From positions 15,844 to 79,843 of the forward strand of contig JBLMXY010000024.1 in the NCBI GenBank assembly GCA_050257975.1: 64,000 bases of DNA. Reading direction: 5' to 3'. A program made the translations under genes and the position numbers. Of the stretch, positions 44,666 through 52,857 are shown piece by piece (position 1 is the first letter of the stretch; each line of letters begins with the position of its first letter). The notes under the pieces are model-generated. The model was not told the origin of the DNA, did not search any database, and saw only the letters and a list, made by a program, of their open reading frames with translations. Origin of the DNA: Acidobacteriota bacterium (lineage in GTDB: Bacteria > Acidobacteriota > Thermoanaerobaculia > UBA5066 > Gp7-AA6).

Positions 44666-45322
44666 CTACGCCTTGCCCTTGTAGCGGGCCACGACGGTCA
44701 CCTGGTTTCCGGCATCCCCCTTTCGATACGAGACCTTCACGCGGTCCCCCACGGCCACGGGACCGGCCATGGACGCGTTCTCGTCCAGATCGAAGCGGTA
44801 CTCCTTGTTGTCGGGACCGGTCACGACGATTTTCTTGCCCGGGTCGAACTCCTTGACGACGCCGACGACGGTCTCCGTCTTCACCTTCGTGTCGGCCGCT
44901 CCGGGCACCTTGTGCTTGACCGTCGTCTCGGAATGCGAACGGGGCATCGTGGCGGCGCCCATGGCCTCTTCGGAAGCCGCCGAAATCACGGTCACGTGCT
45001 CGCGGCCGTCGGCGTCCTTGCGATAGGAGACGTCCGCCATCTGGCCCTCGACGATCGTCCCCTCGACCTTCGCGCCCTCGTCGAGATCGAAGGAGTAGGT
45101 CTTGTCGTTCGGCCCGGAGATCTTGATCTTCTTGCCGGACTCGTACTCCTTGACCGTCCCGTGCACCTTCTCGATCTTGACCTTGTCGTTGGGGCCGGGC
45201 CCCGTGTGCTTGACGACCGACTCCGTATGCGTCTTCGTCTGCGGGGAACTCGCGTCTTGAGCGAGAACGAGTGCCCCGGCGCCGAGCAACAGAGCCGCCG
45301 ATGCGCCGATGATGCGTTTCAT
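44666..45322 (-). CDS. Secreted protein made of two tandem ~90-aa beta-rich repeats
   Basis: 218 aa with a signal peptide. Repeat 1 is HTESVVKHTGPGPNDKVKIEKVHGTVKEYESGKKIKISGPNDKTYSFDLDE and repeat 2 is HSETTVKHKVPGAADTKVKTETVVGVVKEFDPGKKIVVTGPDNKEYRFDLDE. Confidence 0.7.
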   Translation of the reverse strand: MKRIIGASAALLLGAGALVLAQDASSPQTKTHTESVVKHTGPGPNDKVKIEKVHGTVKEYESGKKIKISGPNDKTYSFDLDEGAKVEGTIVEGQMADVSYRKDADGREHVTVISAASEEAMGAATMPRSHSETTVKHKVPGAADTKVKTETVVGVVKEFDPGKKIVVTGPDNKEYRFDLDENASMAGPVAVGDRVKVSYRKGDAGNQVTVVARYKGKA

Positions 45323-45394
45323 TGAAGACTCCTTTCGTAGGGCCCCGTCGCCGGGACCATCTCCAAAGACTTGTGACGAACCTCTAACCGGCGC

Positions 45395-45589
45395 TCAGGC
45401 GGTCGGCCGCCGGCGCACCAGGACGAGACTCAAGAGCCCGGCCGTCAACGCCAGCACGATGTGCATCAGGCCGGACACGCCGTAAAGAACGACCAGACCG
45501 AGGATCGAGAGAATCAGCAGCGACGCGATCAGATCCCGCAGCAAATCGATCGAGCCTCCCGACAAGAGCCAAAGCAAATTGCCTGCCAT
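45395..45589 (-). CDS. Small membrane protein (hypothetical)
   Basis: 64 aa with two hydrophobic helices. Confidence 0.45.
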   Translation of the reverse strand: MAGNLLWLLSGGSIDLLRDLIASLLILSILGLVVLYGVSGLMHIVLALTAGLLSLVLVRRRPTA

Positions 45590-45613
45590 CGCGGCGAATC
45601 CTTCTGTTCGCCC

Positions 45614-45648
45614 CGAAAAACAAGTCCGGCGGGCTCGAGGCCCGCCGG
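45614..45648 (-). terminator. Rho-independent terminator
   Basis: The minus strand reads CCGGCGGGC-ctcga-GCCCGCCGG followed by ACTTGTTTTTCG. It lies downstream of hydrophilin 2. Confidence 0.7.
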
Positions 45649-45670
45649 ATCGATTCGCCGGGGAGCAGTC

Positions 45671-45922
45671 CTACCGCTCTTCTTCGGCGTCGGAAGAGCC
45701 CTGGCCGCTCGAGCCGGAACGCTGCCCGGTCCGGCCGCCCCGCTCCCGCTCGCGGCCCGAGGAACCCGATTCCTCGCCCGGGATCCCCGACGTGCTCTTG
45801 TCTCGCCCCTCGCGGGAATACTCGTCGCTTCCCTGGTGCGGACCGGGAGTCGTCTGCTTCTCTTTTTCCCCGGGATCACCACGCCTCAAGGACTCGCGAT
45901 TGCGATCGCTCTCATTCGCCAT
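45671..45922 (-). CDS. Small hydrophilic, low-complexity (hydrophilin-like) protein, paralogue 2
   Basis: 83 aa, MANESDRNRESLRRGDPGEKEKQTTPGPHQGSDEYSREGRDKSTSGIPGEESGSSGRERERGGRTGQ. GGAAGGAG lies upstream. Confidence 0.6.
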   Translation of the reverse strand: MANESDRNRESLRRGDPGEKEKQTTPGPHQGSDEYSREGRDKSTSGIPGEESGSSGRERERGGRTGQRSGSSGQGSSDAEEER

Positions 45923-46280
45923 GACGGTCTCCTTCCGAATGTCGGGCTCCATTGCCCGGGGCCCGGGAGGCTGCAGGATCCATGCCCGTGGGGGCGCGAG
46001 GGATCCCCTCCAGACGGAGAGACGAACGCGGTCTGCGCCCCCGAAGAATCTCGACGTCCGTCTGATCGGCGCCGCGCTTCGCCAGCACGTCGATCGTTTC
46101 CTCGCCGACCCGCAGGTCTTCCAGCTTCACCCAATCGACAAAGGACGGCAGGAACGGGCGATCGGACTGGATCGGCCGCCGCGCTGCCCGAATGGAGATC
46201 CCCGGGCAGGCCTGCAGCGTCAAGAAGACCGCGCCGGCCCGGCGTTCGAAACCGCAGAGAACCTCCGGCATGCCGAGCAT
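45912..46280 (-). CDS. Doubtful hypothetical ORF
   Basis: The frame is open with moderate GC3 and no recognisable domain. Its 3' third contains the hydrophilin-2 promoter candidate, so it may be shorter or non-coding. Confidence 0.25.
   Translation of the reverse strand: MLGMPEVLCGFERRAGAVFLTLQACPGISIRAARRPIQSDRPFLPSFVDWVKLEDLRVGEETIDVLAKRGADQTDVEILRGRRPRSSLRLEGIPRAPTGMDPAASRAPGNGARHSEGDRHGE
45972..45987 (-). promoter_or_regulatory. sigma54-type promoter candidate (hydrophilin 2)
   Basis: The minus strand reads GGGCATGGATCCTGCA, 49 nt upstream of the ATG at 45922. Confidence 0.5.
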
Positions 46281-46332
46281 GCCCGAAAGACCGCAGGCTC
46301 GAGCAGACCGAGGTAGGGAAGCGCGGTTCCTC

Positions 46333-47358
46333 TCAGCCCGCGACCGTGATGAGAACCTTGCCCGTCGTGCCCCGCCCGGCAAGAGCGCGGTGGGCGTCGG
46401 GAAGGCGCTCAAAGGAAAACCGCGGCCCGAGGACCGGCCGGATTCGCCCCGCCTGCCACGCGCCGAAGATTTCCTCGGCCGCGCGCGTCAGCTCGCCGGT
46501 CCGCCCCGGAAGAAGCGACAGGTTGAAGCCGATCAGCGTCCGGCAGGACTGCACGAATCCGTAGGGCGAGAAGAGTCCCATCGCGAGCAGCTCGCGGGCG
46601 GCCGACAGGGGCGCAACTCCGCGCCCGCCCGAGGCGGCGGCGAAGCCGTACAGGACGTAGCGCCCGCCGCGGTCCAACCGCCGCCAGAGCCGGCGGAAGA
46701 CGCGCCCTCCGACGGCATCGATCACGACGTCCGCGCGGCCGCCGAACCCGCGATCGAGCGCCTCCCCCGCCGATTCGTACGATCCCGTGTCGGCCGCGCC
46801 GAGCTGCCGGCACAGGGACCGCTTCGTGTCCGAACCTGCGAGCGCGAACGTCTTCGCGCCGCGCGCCGCCAGAAGTTGCAGCAGCGCCGTGCCGACGCCG
46901 CCCGCGGCAGCCGTCACGACGACGCGCTCCGCCGCGGCCACCTCGGCCCGCGCCAGGGCGTACGAGGCGGTCAGAAAGGCCACGGGCACGGCGGCCGCCT
47001 CGACCAGATCGACGCCGTCCGGAAGGGGAAAGACGCGCGCGGCGGGAACGAGGACTTTTTCGGCATGGCCGCCGAAGATCGGCACGGCGGCGACGGGCCG
47101 GCCCGGCCCGACGGCGGTCACACCCTGCCCGACCGCCTCGACCGTGCCCGAGATCTCCATGCCCGGCACGAACGGCGCCCGGGGGGTTCCCGGGTAGACG
47201 CCCGCACGCACGAAGAGATCGGCGAAGTTCAGGCCGATCGCGGCCGTCCGAACGAGCACCTCGCCCGGACCCGGCTCGGGATCCGGCCGCGCGCGCAGCG
47301 TGAGCCGCTCGGGACCGCCGACACGGTCGACGAACCATGCGCGCGACTGCCGGAACAT
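46333..47358 (-). CDS. NADPH:quinone oxidoreductase / zinc-type alcohol dehydrogenase-like (MDR) protein
   Basis: 341 aa with GEVLVRTAAIGLNFAD, PGMEISGTVEAVG and the nucleotide-binding VTAAAGGVGTA. Confidence 0.9.
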   Translation of the reverse strand: MFRQSRAWFVDRVGGPERLTLRARPDPEPGPGEVLVRTAAIGLNFADLFVRAGVYPGTPRAPFVPGMEISGTVEAVGQGVTAVGPGRPVAAVPIFGGHAEKVLVPAARVFPLPDGVDLVEAAAVPVAFLTASYALARAEVAAAERVVVTAAAGGVGTALLQLLAARGAKTFALAGSDTKRSLCRQLGAADTGSYESAGEALDRGFGGRADVVIDAVGGRVFRRLWRRLDRGGRYVLYGFAAASGGRGVAPLSAARELLAMGLFSPYGFVQSCRTLIGFNLSLLPGRTGELTRAAEEIFGAWQAGRIRPVLGPRFSFERLPDAHRALAGRGTTGKVLITVAG

Positions 47359-47553
47359 CGCCGGCGATTATCTCCGAGGGAAACCAGACCGACGCAAGAC
47401 CGTTGCGTCGTCCGTCCTCTCGCGACGGCGGCTCGTCAAAAAGAAGCCGCGGGCGTCGCCGCCGGAGCATTCCCGAAGGAGCGGGCGGCACTGGAATCGG
47501 CATAAGATTCGTCGCGGTTCCGAGGCCCGGACGCCTGGAACCCGGAGCCGCCG

Positions 47554-48051
47554 ATGACGCCCTCGAAGCCGCCACCGCTTCGGCCCTTGCTCTTCGCGCT
47601 CTACGGCGCGGCATCGCTCGTCCTTGCGCCTTCGATCCTCGCGCAGAAGCCCGATGTCCGGGCGAAGGTCGTCGCGCCGTCCCGCCTCGCCGCCGGTTCG
47701 AAGGCAACCCTCGCCGTCGAGGTGGCGATCGGGCCGGACTGGCACGTCAACAGCCACACGCCTTCCGAGACGTTCCTCATCCCAACCGACCTCGTCCTCG
47801 CGGCGTCGGCCGGTACGCTCTCCCCCGTCCGGTATCCGAAGGACGTGGAGAAGCGATTCGCGTTCTCCGACAAGCCGCTGCGGGTCTACGCGGGAACCGT
47901 CCGTTTCGAAACGGATCTCGAGCTGCCGCCCGGCGCGAGCGGCAAGGTCAAAGTCGGCGGGAACCTCTCCTACCAGGCCTGCAACGACCGGCAGTGCTAC
48001 GCGCCGGCGAAGATCCCCCTCGAGGCGAGCCTCGACATCTCGGCGAAGTAG
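47554..48051 (+). CDS. DsbD N-terminal-domain-like (DsbC/DsbD_N) secreted protein
   Basis: 165 aa with a signal peptide and WHVNSH...LSYQACNDRQCYAP, typical of the thiol:disulfide interchange DsbD_N fold. Confidence 0.78.
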   Translation: MTPSKPPPLRPLLFALYGAASLVLAPSILAQKPDVRAKVVAPSRLAAGSKATLAVEVAIGPDWHVNSHTPSETFLIPTDLVLAASAGTLSPVRYPKDVEKRFAFSDKPLRVYAGTVRFETDLELPPGASGKVKVGGNLSYQACNDRQCYAPAKIPLEASLDISAK

Positions 48052-48063
48052 CGGGTCGGGACC

Positions 48064-49086
48064 CTACCGGCGGATCGGTTCGGGCCGCATGGCGCGCTCG
48101 AACTCCTCCAGCAGTCGGTCCGCGACGCTCGACGAGGAAAAGCGGCGGGCCTCGAGGGGCCCGAGCCGGGAGAGCTCGCGCCGCCGCGCCGGATTCTCCA
48201 GGAGAGCCCCGAGGGCCCTTTCGAGCGCGTCCGGGTCGCCGCACCGAAAGTAGTCCGCGGCCTCGCGCGCGATGTGCCGGTGGCCGGGCGTGTCGGACAG
48301 CAGAACCGGCAGGCCCGACGCGAGGGCCTCCAGCACGGGCAGCCCGAAGCCCTCCTCGGGATGACACGCCGCGATCAGCAGATCCGCCGCCCGATAGGCC
48401 GCCGACATCTGGGCCGGCGTCAGAGACGTCTCGTACCTCGGAGCCAGCCCGAACGCCTCTTCCTCGGCGCCGAGCGGCAGCGTCGAGATCCGCCACAGGC
48501 GGAACTCCCGGCCCCGACGCCGCGACGCGCGCAGGGCGACGAGCGTCTCGCGAATCCCTTTCACGTCCGCCTCGAACGGGCCCACGAGCAGGATCCAGGG
48601 CACCGCGACGTCGAAGGACCGGTCCTCGCGGCGGGGGAACTCGGCGGGGTCGAAGCACTGGCCGACGAGCGACACGGGCCGATATCCAGCGCGCTCCAGC
48701 CGCTCCGCAAGATGCGGGGCGACGACGAGCTTGCGCGTCGGCATCCGGTACGCCTCGAGGATCTCCTCGCGAACTCCGGCATAGAAGGAGTGGTCGGCCT
48801 CGTACCCCTGGCAGAGGTGAAAGACGGGCCCGCGCGCGCCCTCGACGGCCGCTCGAACCGTCGTCCAGAAGGTCGCGACGCGAATGTCCGCCGACTGAAG
48901 GGCCGCGGAGGCTCGGAAGTCCGACCGTTCCCACCGCGCCGCCTTCAATGCGAACCAGGTCGGCGACGGCGCGGGCGAAACGACCGTGACGTCGAGGCCA
49001 CGGCGCGCGAGCTCGTCCGCCTGCTGGAAGATGACCCGCTGGCCGCCGGCGATGCTGCTGTCCGGCGCGAGGTAGGCGACCCTCAC
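48064..49086 (-). CDS. Glycosyltransferase family 4 (GT-B)
   Basis: 340 aa with the C-terminal EEGFGLPVLEALASGLPVL motif. Confidence 0.88.
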   Translation of the reverse strand: MRVAYLAPDSSIAGGQRVIFQQADELARRGLDVTVVSPAPSPTWFALKAARWERSDFRASAALQSADIRVATFWTTVRAAVEGARGPVFHLCQGYEADHSFYAGVREEILEAYRMPTRKLVVAPHLAERLERAGYRPVSLVGQCFDPAEFPRREDRSFDVAVPWILLVGPFEADVKGIRETLVALRASRRRGREFRLWRISTLPLGAEEEAFGLAPRYETSLTPAQMSAAYRAADLLIAACHPEEGFGLPVLEALASGLPVLLSDTPGHRHIAREAADYFRCGDPDALERALGALLENPARRRELSRLGPLEARRFSSSSVADRLLEEFERAMRPEPIRR

Positions 49087-49388
49087 GGCGCCACGGGCGG
49101 AACGCTCAGGAAATCGCTCGGCGGCCGAGCCGCTTTGCCGGGATTCAAACGGAGCTCCGGAGCGAATGTTATCCAGACTTTCAGAGCCGCGAAACCTACC
49201 ACGACCGCGACCGGGGCGATGGAACGCCTCGGCCGACGGCGAATCTAACCTGAAGCTAAATCGGCGCGCCGATGCGATCTTCGCAGGGGACAGCGTTGAC
49301 TCCCGGCGAGGTCAGGCATCGCCGTCACGGCTCCCTGGCGGCGGACAGGAGACGCCGTTTTCTCGCGCTTTGAGATCGTCTCGTCGGC

Positions 49389-50177
49389 GTGCAAGCCCTG
49401 GCCCGACGTTTGCTGATCTTCGCGTCGCGGAGGCACCCGACAATCGAGAAGGCAAGGTTCTTCGCCTCGACGTTCGCCCGATGCCCCGGGCGCCGGCGGC
49501 TTTCCGTCGCTCTCTTCTTCTTCATCCTGGCCGGCGCCGCGGCCGGGCTCGATCGCGCTCCCGCCGTGAAGATCCAGGACCTGGACGGGAGACCCTTCTC
49601 GCTCGATTCCTTGAAAGGCAAGGTCGTCGTGCTCGACTTCTGGGCGTCCTGGTGCGTCCCCTGCCGGACGAGCTTTCCCTTCCTCGACACCCTGCAGGCG
49701 AGGTACGGCGCGCAGGGACTGGCCGCCGTCGGGCTGACCCTCGAGGAGGATGGCGATGCCGTGCGCGCCTTTCTCGAGCAGGTGCCTGTCCGCTTTCCGA
49801 TCGTCCGCGATCCCACGGGGCGGGCGGGAGAGGCGTTCCGGGTCGTCGCGATGCCGACGACCTTTCTTCTCGATCGGGAGGGGCGCGTCGCCGCGCGGTT
49901 CGAGGGAGGAGACCGGCGCACGCACGCGGGAATCGCGGCGGCGGTTCCGATTCTTCTGTCGGGACGGCCCCTGCCGGAGGGCACCGGCGTGCGCGTCGGG
50001 GCCGGTCTGGAGGCGACGAGCCGGGTCAAGGCGTGGCAGCGCGGCTACCTGGCGGACCCCTCCATGAACCTCGACGGCGACCCCATCACGCGGGTCCTGC
50101 GCGAGCACATCCACGCCAGCAAGGAGGCGGCGGCCGGCGACGGCGGCGCGGCCGGGGGCGGTTGTGGCTGCAACTGA
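49389..50177 (+). CDS. TlpA-like thiol-disulfide oxidoreductase fused to a C-terminal DUF4266-like module
   Basis: It has a TM/signal segment, the thioredoxin core VVLDFWASWCVPCRTSFP, and a C-terminal KAWQRGYLADPSMNLDGDPITRVLREHIHASKEAAAGDGGAAGGGCGCN, which matches the DUF4266 signature ending GGGCGCN. GTG start. Confidence 0.78.
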   Translation: MQALARRLLIFASRRHPTIEKARFFASTFARCPGRRRLSVALFFFILAGAAAGLDRAPAVKIQDLDGRPFSLDSLKGKVVVLDFWASWCVPCRTSFPFLDTLQARYGAQGLAAVGLTLEEDGDAVRAFLEQVPVRFPIVRDPTGRAGEAFRVVAMPTTFLLDREGRVAARFEGGDRRTHAGIAAAVPILLSGRPLPEGTGVRVGAGLEATSRVKAWQRGYLADPSMNLDGDPITRVLREHIHASKEAAAGDGGAAGGGCGCN

Positions 50178-51405
50178 TCGCGCCGCCCGGCGGCGGGCGC
50201 GGCGTCGAGGCTCGCGCCTTCTCCGCGAGCTTCCCTGGCTCGCCACGGGTCTCGGCGCGCTGGCCGCCCGCGACGCGCTCGGGCAGACGGCCGTCGACAC
50301 GCGCTTTCTCTTCTACAAGGAGTCGGACGCCCGCACACAGGTCATCAACCCGATCATTCTCCTTCAGCAGAATCTCGGCGACGCCTACGGTCAGCTCGAT
50401 CTTCTGCTCGGCTACGACTCCATCTCGGGCGCCTCGCCGACGGGGGGATACCCGACCTCCGACGTGACGACCTCGGCGTCGGGGCACCTGATCGCGAGCG
50501 GCAGCTTTCCGCAGGCGCAATACACGGACTCGCGCAAGTCGGCGTCCCTCTCCTACGGCCGGAAGTTCGGAGCCCATCTGCCGTCGGTGGACGTCTCGTA
50601 CGCCCGGGAGAACGACTACACCGCGCGAGCCATCGGCTTCTCCGATTCCTGGACGATGGTTCACGGCCTGGGCGCGCTTCACTTCGCCGCGTCGTTCGCG
50701 CGAGACATCGTCGAGCCCGTGAAGAATCCCGAGACCAACCCCGAGGGGCTCGCCCTGCATCTTCCCAAGTCGACCAACGGTTTCTCCCTCGGCTGGACCT
50801 GGATTCTGGGCGAGCGCGACCTGCTCGACGTCTCCGCGTCCCTGATGAACCTCTCCGGCTACCTCGACGATCCCTACAAGATCGTGCCCATCGGAGCGGA
50901 CGCGGCGACGACGGTCCCGGAGCACCGCCCGGACACGCGCTCACGGCGCGCCCTCGTCCTGAAGTACGGCCACCATTACTTGTGGGACGGCGCCGTTCGC
51001 GTGACCTATCGTTACTACAACGACAGCTGGTCGATCCAGGCGCACACCCTCGAGGTCTCTTACGACCAGCACGTGCTTTCCGACTGGATCGTGACTCCGC
51101 AAGTCCGGCTGTACACGCAGACCGGCGCGTCGTTCTATGCGAGCTCCCTTCCGGCACCCCGCGCGTACATGTCCGCCGACTACCGGCTGTCTCCGCTGAG
51201 CAGCATCCTGGGAGGCCTCACGATCACGCGCGTGCTCGACCCGAAGCTCGCCGTCAGCCTCGGCGCGACGATTCAGACGCAGTCGGGGCGCGACCGGGTC
51301 GTCCCGATCTCCACTTCTCCCGGCGAGGAAGGCGGAATCCCGGCCGTGTCCGCGGCCGACATGACCGTGCTGACCATCATCGGCGGTCTCACCTGGCATC
51401 CCTGA
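50164..51405 (+). CDS. DUF3570-like predicted outer-membrane beta-barrel protein
   Basis: 413 aa with a signal-like N-terminus and FLFYKESD...LLLGYDSISGASPTGG...SYGRKF, ending in a beta-strand with aromatic residues. The GTG start overlaps the upstream gene by 14 nt. Confidence 0.78.
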   Translation: MAATDRAARRRARRRGSRLLRELPWLATGLGALAARDALGQTAVDTRFLFYKESDARTQVINPIILLQQNLGDAYGQLDLLLGYDSISGASPTGGYPTSDVTTSASGHLIASGSFPQAQYTDSRKSASLSYGRKFGAHLPSVDVSYARENDYTARAIGFSDSWTMVHGLGALHFAASFARDIVEPVKNPETNPEGLALHLPKSTNGFSLGWTWILGERDLLDVSASLMNLSGYLDDPYKIVPIGADAATTVPEHRPDTRSRRALVLKYGHHYLWDGAVRVTYRYYNDSWSIQAHTLEVSYDQHVLSDWIVTPQVRLYTQTGASFYASSLPAPRAYMSADYRLSPLSSILGGLTITRVLDPKLAVSLGATIQTQSGRDRVVPISTSPGEEGGIPAVSAADMTVLTIIGGLTWHP

Positions 51406-51443
51406 GAGAAGGCGACGTCCTCTACACGACGCGCTTTCCCCTG

Positions 51444-52370
51444 ATGGGCGGAGGCGCGCTGGTGCAGTTCGTCGACGACCGCGGGCGGGAGCGCGCCGAA
51501 CGCATCGCGCGCGCCATCGAAGGCGAGGCCCGCCGGATCGAGGTCAAGTTCTCGCGGTACCGCGAGTCGAGCGTCGTTTCGGAGATCAATCGCAACGCCG
51601 GCCGGACTCCGGTCGCCGTCGACGAGGAGACCGACATGCTCCTCGAATCGGCGCTCGAGCTCTCGCGGCAGACGGGCGGCCGGTTCGATCCCACCGTCGG
51701 CGCCCTGCGGCGCGTCTGGGACTTCAAGTCGGGCCGCGTGCCTTCGGACGAGGACATCGAGGCTCTCCTGCCCCTCGTCGACGCCGCGGCCGTCTCCCGC
51801 CGCAACCGGACGGTTTTTCTGCGGCGCGCCGGAATGGAAATCGATCTCGGCGGCGTCGGAAAGGAGTACGCGGTCGATCGCGCCGCGAGCTTCCTGCGCG
51901 AAGAGGGGATCCGATCGGCCGTCGTCAACTTCGCCGGAGACGTTCGCACCGTCGGCAGCCGCGGGGACGGACGCCCGTGGAAGATCGGGGTCATCGACCC
52001 GAGAGCGCGCGGACACTGCCGGTTCGCCGTGCGCCCGATCTCCGACGCCGGCATCGCGACCTCCGGCGACTACGAGCGCGGCTTCGTGAAGGACGGCATC
52101 CGCTACCACCACATCCTCGACGCGAGGACGGGACGGCCCGCTCGTGGCGTCGCTTCGGCGACGGCGATCGCCGAATCCGCCTTCCGCGCCGGATGCCTCG
52201 CCACGACCGCCCTTCTCCTGGGACCGGAGGCCGGCCTCGCGCTGCTCGAAGAGGCCTCGGGCGTGGAAGGAGCCGTGATCACCGAGGCCGGCGAGATCCG
52301 GGCGACGTCCGGGATGAGATTTCTCTCCGATCTTCCCGGAAGTGCCTGGGACGGGTGCCGCGACGCCTGA
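51444..52370 (+). CDS. apbE: FAD:protein FMN transferase (ApbE family); start uncertain
   Basis: It has FPLMGG(G) (the MGT-type motif), DPTVGALRRVW, DLGGVGKEYAVD and TSGDYERGF. The only canonical in-frame start is the ATG at 51444, inside the conserved motif. A CTG at 51402 overlaps the upstream stop as CTGA. Confidence 0.85.
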   Translation: MGGGALVQFVDDRGRERAERIARAIEGEARRIEVKFSRYRESSVVSEINRNAGRTPVAVDEETDMLLESALELSRQTGGRFDPTVGALRRVWDFKSGRVPSDEDIEALLPLVDAAAVSRRNRTVFLRRAGMEIDLGGVGKEYAVDRAASFLREEGIRSAVVNFAGDVRTVGSRGDGRPWKIGVIDPRARGHCRFAVRPISDAGIATSGDYERGFVKDGIRYHHILDARTGRPARGVASATAIAESAFRAGCLATTALLLGPEAGLALLEEASGVEGAVITEAGEIRATSGMRFLSDLPGSAWDGCRDA

Positions 52371-52396
52371 TCGGCGAGCCTCGGAGAGCTCCCGGC

Positions 52397-52594
52397 CTAC
52401 CAGCCCCAGTCCATGTCGCGCAGACCCGGCAAGCGGATGACGTATCCGCCCTGCGGTCGGGGACTCCGTCCGCCGCTCCCGTCGTTCTCTTCCCGGTACC
52501 CGGGGGGAACGTCGAGCGTCGGATCATCGTCGTCCGGCTGGCGGCTCGGCCGCCTCACGGGGATCTCTTCGTCGAGAACGTCGTACTCGTGCAT
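52397..52594 (-). CDS. Small acidic hypothetical protein
   Basis: 65 aa from the ATG at 52594, with GAGGAGGAGG upstream. It lies downstream of the DUF3309 gene. Confidence 0.4.
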   Translation of the reverse strand: MHEYDVLDEEIPVRRPSRQPDDDDPTLDVPPGYREENDGSGGRSPRPQGGYVIRLPGLRDMDWGW

Positions 52595-52626
52595 GAGCGC
52601 CTCCTCCTCTTCTGCCGGCGCGCCGC

Positions 52627-52779
52627 CTACACCCGGCCCGTCAGGACCAGGATCACCACGATGAGCAGGACCAGACCGAGCACGCCGCTCGGCCAGTAGC
52701 CCCAGCTCCGGTTGTAGGGCCACGCGGGAACCGCTCCCACCAGCAGGAGGATCAGAAGGATCAGGAGTATCAGACCCAT
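52627..52779 (-). CDS. DUF3309-family small membrane protein (50 aa, below ORF-track cutoff)
   Basis: MGLILLILLILLLVGAVPAWPYNRSWGYWPSGVLGLVLLIVVILVLTGRV. AAGGAGG lies upstream. Confidence 0.75.
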   Translation of the reverse strand: MGLILLILLILLLVGAVPAWPYNRSWGYWPSGVLGLVLLIVVILVLTGRV

Positions 52780-52815
52780 GCTCGCCTCCTTTCACTCGAG
52801 GCCATCGCAGGCAAA

Positions 52816-52831
52816 TGCGGGATCCGTGCCA
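52816..52831 (-). promoter_or_regulatory. sigma54-type promoter candidate (DUF3309 operon)
   Basis: The minus strand reads TGGCACGGATCCCGCA, 36 nt upstream of the ATG at 52779. Confidence 0.55.
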
Positions 52832-52841
52832 CCGCTCCAGG

Positions 52842-52857
52842 TGGCACGCCGCTTGCG
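52842..52857 (+). promoter_or_regulatory. Orphan sigma54-type promoter candidate with no downstream ORF
   Basis: TGGCACGCCGCTTGCG is an exact TGGCAC-N5-TTGC match. It lies 10 nt from the divergent site at 52816-52831 and points into the 3' end of the minus-strand AI-2E gene. Confidence 0.4.

Noticed and set aside
47486-47502. CGGCACTGGAATCGGCA upstream of the DsbD_N-like gene
   Set aside because: The GG-to-GC spacing is one nucleotide too long, and sigma54 promoters tolerate spacing changes poorly.
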